Positions 57,128-64,000 of a stretch of 64,000 nucleotides of DNA are shown in pieces. Within the stretch, counting starts at the first letter, position 1; each line of letters starts with the position of its first letter. A program made the translations under genes and the position numbers. The DNA is from Lachnospiraceae bacterium (lineage in GTDB: Bacteria; Bacillota; Clostridia; Lachnospirales; Lachnospiraceae). The stretch spans positions 14,523-78,522 of the forward strand of contig JAILEN010000214.1 in NCBI GenBank assembly GCA_024687655.1, given 5' to 3'. The notes below the pieces were generated by a model that ran no database searches, had not been told where the DNA came from, and was given only the letters and a program-made list of their open reading frames with translations.

Positions 57128-58879
57128 TTATCTCAGTATATGTGTTTTCGTTTTGGACCATTTGGAATAATACTTTTTACCATCTATTGTCAGGTAATTC
57201 CTTATACGAACTTTTATGGTATCACCCCTTGTAAATCCGCTTATGGTACAGTATGATCTTTCTTTCTTTTTGACTTTTATGGTTTTTGCCGTGGAAAAGT
57301 CATCTCCTGAGGTGTACTGAATCTGGTAACCCTCGATGGCAGAGGTCTCATCTGTAGCACCCCAATTCACGGTAAGCTTTTTCCCTTTTGAGGAAAGCTT
57401 ATTTAATTGTGTGGTATCCAGGGCTTTTGCAAACCCTTTTCCAACAAAGCTTTTATTGTATAAGGAGTTGGTGGTCCCGGCAAAGGGGATAGTCGCATAA
57501 GTCAGGGATTCAAGCCATGTGTTTCCGTTCGCCCGCTTTATATCCAGGGTATTTATGGCAACACATCTGGTACGCTGGCGTTCCCCGTCTTTTTTCGGAT
57601 TCATGATGGAGCTTGCGGAACTGATCACATAGTATTTATCTTTCACATGCCCTAAATATGCCATCTCATGTCCCGGGAAAAAGAGACTGCTTCCAACCGG
57701 CAGGTTTTTAATGATCTGCTTTTTTGCCTCGGAACTCAGCCCTGCCAAAGAGTATTTTTTGACGGGACTTGCCGTCTGCCAGGTAGTGTTTCTGGACAGG
57801 TTTAAACCGAAGCAACTGTAAACATCACGGATATATCCGGAGCAGTCCTGGGATTCCAGCATGCCGCCCCATCCGTATGTATCTCCGAGCTTTTCAAAAA
57901 GAATATCTGTCACATTTTTTTGCGTCAGTGGCAGGTAACCCTCGTGGACGTTATAGTGCTGAGAGATAAGAGCCGGCTGCTTGTCGAAGCTTCCATCTGC
58001 CCTCCTGACAGGCAGATATACAACATAGTTGTTATAGGGAGTCCTGTTTGAGATGAGTTTCGGATAGTCAGATTTATCCACTATCTCAAGTGTCGTACCC
58101 ATTGTAAGAAGGCGGTCTGCAGTATCAGGATCCGTGTTAGAGGCCTCGGTCCTCACTTTGGATCCGCATATCACCAAAAGCTCCTTGCCTGAATGGTCCC
58201 AGGCATCAAGCCAGGTCTCCCTGTCACTGCAAACAGCAATATCCTCTACCGGAGCCCACCCCGTATAGCAGCTGCTCTTTGCATAGTAGAACTTTTGGTC
58301 GGCAGAAACGGACTGTATGACCACCGGCTCGTTTACACGCAGAGCGGTGACGTACAGATTGTCAAAATCGTTGTCTCCGGGATCATCCAAAATGGCTTTA
58401 TCCGTGGGAAAACACCTTAGGACGGTTCGGTTTACGGCGATACCATATGAGACGGGATGTGTGGAAGTATCTTTGCTCTGAGTATTTGTAAGCATGCTGT
58501 TGTAGTAGCTTGCAGTAACCTGGTCGCCATTTACATCGTACTTCTTTTCCCCGAAATACTCGATATCGGCCTTTGTAGAGGCTGCCAGTGCTTCGTTTAA
58601 GGCCTTCCCATCCACGGTAGAAGAGACCTTTTTAAGATCCGTCACATTTGTGCCGTCAGCTGCAATAATGGCTTTGTTCAGCTTTTTGATCTGTGCCTCA
58701 GTAGCCAGAACCTTTGAGGCGTCTTTGATATCTTTGTACCAATATAAAGATGACGTCATTTTTTGTGTTACGTCAGGGAAGGTTTTTACTGACGCAAGAG
58801 CAGTGTTTGGTGCTGAAAAGACAAGCCCGGCCACTAAAGCGGCTGAAAGAAGCTTTGTTAATAGTGTTCTCTTTTTCAT
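57128..58879 (-). CDS. Secreted NlpC/P60 cell-wall hydrolase with SH3-like and C-terminal Fn3-like domains
   Basis: A signal peptide, the catalytic Cys context QDCSGYIRDVY, a later His (PGHEMAYLGH), and a C-terminal Fn3-like region (IEGYQIQYTSG). Confidence 0.8.
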   Translation of the reverse strand: MKKRTLLTKLLSAALVAGLVFSAPNTALASVKTFPDVTQKMTSSLYWYKDIKDASKVLATEAQIKKLNKAIIAADGTNVTDLKKVSSTVDGKALNEALAASTKADIEYFGEKKYDVNGDQVTASYYNSMLTNTQSKDTSTHPVSYGIAVNRTVLRCFPTDKAILDDPGDNDFDNLYVTALRVNEPVVIQSVSADQKFYYAKSSCYTGWAPVEDIAVCSDRETWLDAWDHSGKELLVICGSKVRTEASNTDPDTADRLLTMGTTLEIVDKSDYPKLISNRTPYNNYVVYLPVRRADGSFDKQPALISQHYNVHEGYLPLTQKNVTDILFEKLGDTYGWGGMLESQDCSGYIRDVYSCFGLNLSRNTTWQTASPVKKYSLAGLSSEAKKQIIKNLPVGSSLFFPGHEMAYLGHVKDKYYVISSASSIMNPKKDGERQRTRCVAINTLDIKRANGNTWLESLTYATIPFAGTTNSLYNKSFVGKGFAKALDTTQLNKLSSKGKKLTVNWGATDETSAIEGYQIQYTSGDDFSTAKTIKVKKKERSYCTISGFTRGDTIKVRIRNYLTIDGKKYYSKWSKTKTHILR

Positions 58880-59973
58880 TTGAAGTCCTCCTTAAGAAAT
58901 TCCCCGATCTCCTTATATCTCTGCTCCATGGCATCATGAGCTAATGCCGGCACCCAGGTGCCATGATGATGATGGATTGTGTAGGTACGATCGGTTTTGT
59001 AAATAATACCGGTATCAAAGCTTTTGGCGGTCAGCACTTCAAAGGGATAAATCGTAATATCATCCACAATCTGAAAGCCTCCGTTCTTATTTAACCCATG
59101 TTTCTCAATAACCTGAGTATACCGTACCGGACAGGTAGAGTTGTCCCAGGTCCCGTCTTCCTTGAAATATGGCCTGCTCTCATAGCTCTTGCAGATCTCA
59201 TCAATGATACGGTTGCCCTTTGATGCGCCCATCCCAGAACCGCACTCAATCCGGCCGAGAGACTCAAAGCTCATATAAGCATCATTGTACAGCAGATCGT
59301 CGATCGGACGTACCATCTCCACGTCCAGGTCCATATAAACACCGCCGTATCTGCGAAGAAGATCTGCCCTGGCATAATCTGAGGCAAACGCCCAGTTATT
59401 GTCGCTGATCGCCTGATCGAAAAAGAGACAGTTCTCCGGTTTGTAGGTGTCCAGATCCCATATCTTTATTTCAAAATCTGGCGCATATTTTTTCCACGAT
59501 TCCAGACACAGCCTGTAGCTCTCAGGCAGTCGATTCTTCGAGAACCATATTGCGTGGATCACTCTGGGGATTACCGGCATATGGTTCTTCCGAAAGCCCG
59601 GCGGAGCCTGATCAGCAGAAAGCATTAGCCAGTCCTCATATAGGGATTCCAGAAAAATAGACGGGATCGCGTTAATGTGCGCCAGTTTTGGATCTGCACG
59701 CAGCTGCGCCATGATCTCCCTGTATCCGGTGACAGCTATCAAAAGAATCGTCTTTTCCTTCGGATAATACGCAAGGTCGGACCGGCGGATACCGGTGTAA
59801 CTCTTATTATCCAGCACAATATTATCATTGGACGGATCCACAAATCCCCTTAGATTCTCTATCAGCCCACTATCCGTCAAAAAAGGATTGGTAATGTTTT
59901 TAAAATGTTTTCCATCACCCAGACAATAGATATCTTTTGTTTTCAGCTTTTCAAACAGTTTTATACTATCCAT
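58876..59973 (-). CDS. Glycosyltransferase with DXD sugar-binding region (Gly_transf_sug-like)
   Basis: IPRVIHAIWF...SDYARADLLRRYGGVYMDLDVEM (DXD). 365 aa. Confidence 0.65.
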   Translation of the reverse strand: MDSIKLFEKLKTKDIYCLGDGKHFKNITNPFLTDSGLIENLRGFVDPSNDNIVLDNKSYTGIRRSDLAYYPKEKTILLIAVTGYREIMAQLRADPKLAHINAIPSIFLESLYEDWLMLSADQAPPGFRKNHMPVIPRVIHAIWFSKNRLPESYRLCLESWKKYAPDFEIKIWDLDTYKPENCLFFDQAISDNNWAFASDYARADLLRRYGGVYMDLDVEMVRPIDDLLYNDAYMSFESLGRIECGSGMGASKGNRIIDEICKSYESRPYFKEDGTWDNSTCPVRYTQVIEKHGLNKNGGFQIVDDITIYPFEVLTAKSFDTGIIYKTDRTYTIHHHHGTWVPALAHDAMEQRYKEIGEFLKEDFK

Positions 59974-59988
59974 TTATGGTCATTTCCG

Positions 59989-60693
59989 TCAGTATCCCGG
60001 GCGATATACGATCTCCACTGAACGGACATGGGCCAATGAATTCATTATGGAAACCAGTTGTTCAAATTTCATGGACTTGGGATAAGTCATGGTGAGGATC
60101 GCTTCCATCTCACTGCCCTTGGTTTTATTCCTTGTAGCCCGTATACTTACAACATTGATCTCTGAACTTTCCAGTTGTTCAAAGATCTCATCCATATTCT
60201 TTTCGGTAAGATGGATCTGCACCTTACAGGTCTCTCTTGCATAAACTGCCTTGCGTTCCTGGCGTCTATGTAGCACAAACTGCAACAGGGCGATCAAAAC
60301 CGTAACGGCGATCCCCAATACATACATACCACCGCCAACAGCCATTCCTATCCCTACAGTAGCCAGGATCCCGGCAGATGTAGTAAGTCCCATGACCTCG
60401 TTCTTATGTACGAAAATGATGCCGGCGCCCAAAAAACCAATGGCTCCTGCCAATCCTGCCGCTATCCTTGAGGGGTCCAGCTTTACGGTTTCATCTATCA
60501 CATCATTGAAGCCATATTTTGATATCTCCATCATGAGCGCCGCGGCAACTGCTATAATTATATGTGTCCTAAAGCCCGCTGCCTTGGCATGATGTTGCCG
60601 TTCGACACCTATGATACCGCCGCAGAATGCTGCAACTATGATCCTGAAAAATAAAACCAGATTAAAAGAAAAGTCAAGTTCAGTTATTCCCAT
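59989..60693 (-). CDS. mgtC: MgtC/SapB family membrane protein
   Basis: Start MGITELDF behind SD AAGGGGG. The N-terminal membrane domain is RIIVAAFCGGIIGVERQ, and the C-terminal domain is ACT-like. Confidence 0.8.
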   Translation of the reverse strand: MGITELDFSFNLVLFFRIIVAAFCGGIIGVERQHHAKAAGFRTHIIIAVAAALMMEISKYGFNDVIDETVKLDPSRIAAGLAGAIGFLGAGIIFVHKNEVMGLTTSAGILATVGIGMAVGGGMYVLGIAVTVLIALLQFVLHRRQERKAVYARETCKVQIHLTEKNMDEIFEQLESSEINVVSIRATRNKTKGSEMEAILTMTYPKSMKFEQLVSIMNSLAHVRSVEIVYRPGY

Positions 60694-61358
60694 TTCTATG
60701 CCCCCTTCGATTGGCATTTGCGTTCTGCTGGAGCTGTTGCCTTTTTGCTTCCTCCTCCTGTCTGATTGCCTCTTTTATCTGCCTTATGTTTTCCGCATCC
60801 TGGGCTGCCTCTTCTATGTAGCCCATCTTGGCCTCCAGGTTCTCCTTATTTTTAGTCCCGTTTATAACCTCTCTGCACATATCCTTCAGCTGCTCAGAAG
60901 GGATATTGAAAAACTCGGCACTGTCAAAAATGCCGCCCATGTCCAAAAGCGCCTTGGCGGCGCAACGGGACTCCAGCGTCTTTAATGAGTCAGTCTGTTC
61001 CTGGGAAAGCTCGATCCCATGCTTTTCCTGAGCATCACGGATGACCCTGATCCTGCCCCTGATATTTGGAAAGCTTCATGCCAAAGAGCCTGTCGTGGGA
61101 AAGGATGCGCCTGACCTCTTCCCGCTTGGCGGTAAGCTTTATTATATTGGCCTCCCGGACGATCTCTTGATCCCCTGCCACCGGGATCTGACCGGCGTTA
61201 TCCTGCTGTACCTCCAGCAGCTGCTGTTCCTGGATATTTTGGTTGTCTAATAATCCCGGCTGCTGTTCTTTTTCATCCAGCTTATCAGTATTTGTATTGA
61301 TCTCAATGGTTTCATTCTGTTCTTCAGTATTTTTTAACCCGTAAGCATCTTCCTTCAT
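60680..61358 (-). pseudogene. Hypothetical acidic/Gln-rich protein split by one frameshift
   Basis: The upstream part ends ...RILSHDRLFGMKL-SKYQGQDQGHP*. In the adjacent frame the text continues FPNIRGRIRVIRDAQEKHGIELSQEQ...LLDMGGIFDS...QQNANANRRGHRNGNN*. The junction is near 61066-61080. Confidence 0.5.
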
Positions 61359-61439
61359 CTCTTATCCTTCCTCAGAGTTGTCAATCCTATACGCGGTATT
61401 ATATCATGGGGTCGCCAACAAATGTCCAACAAGGAGCTG

Positions 61440-62396
61440 TCATTTATTTTTCGGTTTAAACCCCAGTTCTTCCGCCGAAAAATCAAGATCCTCTCCAATG
61501 ACTATAATAATATCCTGGCCTTCACTGACAGGCTTTATCTCAATCCCTTTTTTTACGGCATTGACCTCCAACCAGTTATTTCCGTCACGTACAAATCCCT
61601 TTATTCGATACACTTTTCCATACTTTTCATCAGAAAAAAGCCTCTCTGTCAGCCCGGGTATATCCTCCTTTTTCAAATCACAGTTCATAATGTAGACCGA
61701 ACCAAAACCCGCATCATCAGCGAAATACAGTTTTCTGTAATCTGCCATATAATAACCCGATGCCGACACAGCTTCTATCTTGTCCGGCAAAAGGGCCCTG
61801 ATATCCCCGGCCATAACCGATCCTGCCTCTATTGTGCGGTCACAGCCGATGGTTTTTAAGCTCCTGTTCAAATGTGATAATATGCGCGATACACTATCCT
61901 CCGGCTCGCCGGCACACTCATCCGTGTGGCTTAATATGATCCGGCCTGCACAGGCCACCTGACTCGACAGCATATATTCAGAAGCTTTGGAAAGCTCATC
62001 CGGTAACGTGGCGTCAACGATAGCGATGACCGAACCGATCTCATACCATCTGTCCAGCGGATCTTCACGAAGCGTGTCAAAAAACTCATCCATGTCAAAA
62101 ACGCCGGATGGCTCTATTATCACGCGGTCAAATCCCTGCATGCCCATTGCTATTAGCTTGGTTTTAAACCGTCTCTTATGACAATCCGCATCGCACCCTC
62201 CGGCTACTGTCTCCATATCGCATTTTTCAGAGATAAGGTCCTTTAGGAGCATCAGGTCCACATTTACTGCACCATAGTCGTTTTCAAGTATGCAGATCCG
62301 TTCGCCTTTATCTATAAAATGTTTTGCATACTGTCGTAAAAAAGTGGTCTTTCCTGACCCTAAAAATCCGGTGATAAGATCAACCCTGCACTTCAT
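61440..62396 (-). CDS. CobW/G3E-family P-loop GTPase-like protein
   Basis: Walker A ITGFLGSGKTT, ILENDYG and IIEPSG. The position of the usual GCxCC motif reads GGCDADC. Confidence 0.65.
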   Translation of the reverse strand: MKCRVDLITGFLGSGKTTFLRQYAKHFIDKGERICILENDYGAVNVDLMLLKDLISEKCDMETVAGGCDADCHKRRFKTKLIAMGMQGFDRVIIEPSGVFDMDEFFDTLREDPLDRWYEIGSVIAIVDATLPDELSKASEYMLSSQVACAGRIILSHTDECAGEPEDSVSRILSHLNRSLKTIGCDRTIEAGSVMAGDIRALLPDKIEAVSASGYYMADYRKLYFADDAGFGSVYIMNCDLKKEDIPGLTERLFSDEKYGKVYRIKGFVRDGNNWLEVNAVKKGIEIKPVSEGQDIIIVIGEDLDFSAEELGFKPKNK

Positions 62397-62397
62397 A

Positions 62398-63711
62398 TTA
62401 TTCATTCTCCTCATCCATCATGGTCCTGCATCCAGACTGAGTTCCCATAAGTTCCTCAGTGGCGACATCATTGATCCTGACCTGGATCCCGCCATCCGGC
62501 TCTTCTGTTTTCGTCCCGGTTAAATGTATCTCATACAGCATGGTCTTTAAAGTTTTTTCGTTAAACCAGAAATTCCCCAGGCTGTACACCACCGGCTTTC
62601 CATCTATCTCTGTAGTTTCCTGAAGGCAATGGGTGTGTGCGCCGATCACCGCATCTGCTCCGGCTTCGGTGTAAAGAAGCGCTCCTTCGGTCTGGGCAGG
62701 CTCAAGGACTTCTGAATACTCAGTGCCCCAGTGCGGCAAAGCTACCACAAAGTCAGCATTTTCCTCCGCCTCTTTTATGGACTCTAAAAAAAGGGCGTTA
62801 TCATAACACCTCAGTATCCCCGGCTCTGTATCCGTAGCCTGAGGTGTCATCTTATACTTTTCTGCGCGCGAGGCCGCCACATAGGCGATGCGAACCCCCT
62901 CTACATCCACATATACAGGCGCTTTTGCCTCATCAAGATCATGACCGGCACCGACATATGGGATCCCTGCCGAATCGAGAGTATCAAGGGTATCAAGAAA
63001 AGCCTCTTTGCCATAATCATATACATGATTATTTGCCAGCCCCACTATATCCACGCCCATATCACACAAAAGCTTTACATTTTCCGGCCTGGATCTGAAG
63101 GTATATGCCTTGCCCTCAAGGGGGCTTCCGCCCTCACTGTATGTAAATTCGTTGTTGATCCACATGACATCCGCGTCACGCATGGCCTCAATGTACTTTG
63201 GGTCTATCACTGCCTCAAGATCATCTCCCATGGAATGGTAATAGGACATAACACTCCATGTATCATCAAAATTGACATCACCTGCAAAAGCAAGGGTGAT
63301 GTCAAAATCCGTAACTACAGGCTGTGTTGTAAGCGCACTCTTATCCTCGGAAGCCCCTGTATCAGGCACCTTAACTGCTTCCTGTGACACGCTTTCAGTC
63401 ATCACAGGCTCCGGTTCCTTTGAAAATGCTCCGGGTATTAAACTATTCGGCCCCAAAAGCAGCATATACCCTGCCACCATCCAGATTATCAAAAGCGCAG
63501 GTACCAGTAACCTGAATTTCCACTTTTTTGTCTTGTGATGCCATGCCAGCATGCCCAAAAGAGCCCCCAGACCCCCGCCCAGGGCCGCCACGCCAATGAG
63601 CGTCGCCTCGGGTATCCTCCATTTTCCGTCTATGGCCCTCTTTTTATCGACGCCATACAAAAGGAATGCCGTCAGATTTATAATAACTAAATAAATACCA
63701 AGTATTTTCAT
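62398..63711 (-). CDS. DUF1294 membrane domain fused to a CapA/PGA_cap metallophosphatase domain
   Basis: The N-terminus VDKKRAIDGKWRIPEATLIGVAALGGGLGALLGMLAWHHKTKKWKF is the DUF1294 pattern. The C-terminus has ...LAFAGDVNFDD..., GLANNHVYDYG and HWGTEY (CapA-type). Confidence 0.7.
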   Translation of the reverse strand: MKILGIYLVIINLTAFLLYGVDKKRAIDGKWRIPEATLIGVAALGGGLGALLGMLAWHHKTKKWKFRLLVPALLIIWMVAGYMLLLGPNSLIPGAFSKEPEPVMTESVSQEAVKVPDTGASEDKSALTTQPVVTDFDITLAFAGDVNFDDTWSVMSYYHSMGDDLEAVIDPKYIEAMRDADVMWINNEFTYSEGGSPLEGKAYTFRSRPENVKLLCDMGVDIVGLANNHVYDYGKEAFLDTLDTLDSAGIPYVGAGHDLDEAKAPVYVDVEGVRIAYVAASRAEKYKMTPQATDTEPGILRCYDNALFLESIKEAEENADFVVALPHWGTEYSEVLEPAQTEGALLYTEAGADAVIGAHTHCLQETTEIDGKPVVYSLGNFWFNEKTLKTMLYEIHLTGTKTEEPDGGIQVRINDVATEELMGTQSGCRTMMDEENE

Positions 63712-63751
63712 ATTCCGTCCTCACTATCCCTGATCCCTTGGGCGCAGTTTC

Positions 63752-64000
63752 TCAGGCAATTATCTCCACATTTTCAGTGCTGTATTCGATCTGCTCCGAA
63801 AACCGTCTTATGCGCTCCAGGGGATCCCCACGGTAGGCGTCCGTGGCAAAGATGAAATCCGTGGCTCTCCTGCCATATTCAATGAGCTTTTCAACTGACC
63901 ACTCATCCAGAGCCACTTTTTCCAGCTGCCTGTATATCACATAGGAGAAAAGCCTGTTGTAACGGCCCCTGTCAAAGCTTTCGGCATAGGATACCACCGC
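63752..64000 (-). CDS. C-terminal fragment of an unidentified protein (continues beyond the window)
   Basis: The minus-strand frame is open to the window edge and ends ...RIRRFSEQIEYSTENVEIIA*. No family was recognised. Confidence 0.35.
   Translation of the reverse strand, partial: AVVSYAESFDRGRYNRLFSYVIYRQLEKVALDEWSVEKLIEYGRRATDFIFATDAYRGDPLERIRRFSEQIEYSTENVEIIA

Overview
This window looks like a chromosomal segment of a Firmicutes/Clostridia (Lachnospiraceae-like) anaerobe. That placement rests only on gene content and Gram-positive-type SD and terminator signals, and could not be verified. About 60 genes are packed tightly. No rRNA, tRNA, CRISPR array or obvious mobile element was seen.

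**1-22.6 kb, + strand:** a large nitrogen/glutamine supercluster.
- The gene order is GS type III (3' end), an AmtB-GlnK fusion, a PEP/pyruvate-binding protein, PurF, an oxidoreductase, PyrG, GltB, GltD, a GS-I-like GlnA, an ANTAR regulator, CarA, CarB and DapL.
- The most interesting signal is an identical decamer, TCAAAGGCGA. It forms a hexaloop hairpin (loop AAAGGC, A at position 1, G at position 4) in the leaders of both amtB-glnK and pyrG.
- In both leaders the hairpin overlaps the 5' arm of a strong intrinsic terminator. The same cluster encodes an ANTAR antiterminator protein whose receiver lacks the phospho-acceptor Asp.
- This fits an ANTAR-type antitermination regulon for glutamine metabolism, but only one hexaloop hairpin per leader is evident.

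**22.6-30.6 kb:** a membrane GGDEF protein, HydE, a Xer-like recombinase, LarE-like, GNAT, and a UPF0397-type ECF transporter.

**30.8-35.2 kb:** a STAS / surface-protein / PP2C (SpoIIE-type) locus carrying four lesions: an in-frame TAG, two compensating frameshifts, and an in-frame TAA. All catalytic motifs are still intact.

**35-64 kb:** mixed housekeeping and accessory genes.
- A Nif11-like small protein, an aldolase, and a nicotinamidase-like protein.
- An MCP, a binding protein and a GGDEF cyclase encoded adjacently.
- QueH, TtcA-like, two MarR regulators with palindromic operators, NlpC/P60, MgtC, a CobW-like GTPase, and a DUF1294-CapA fusion.

**Other signals and caveats:**
- A short hairpin-forming dispersed repeat (consensus TGTCATCCTGAGCG.AGCGAAGGATCT) occurs four times, with compensatory stem changes.
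- Several frameshifts lie at homopolymers, so assembly error is a real alternative to pseudogenisation.
- All calls are from reading the sequence and the ORF translations by eye. No searches were run.
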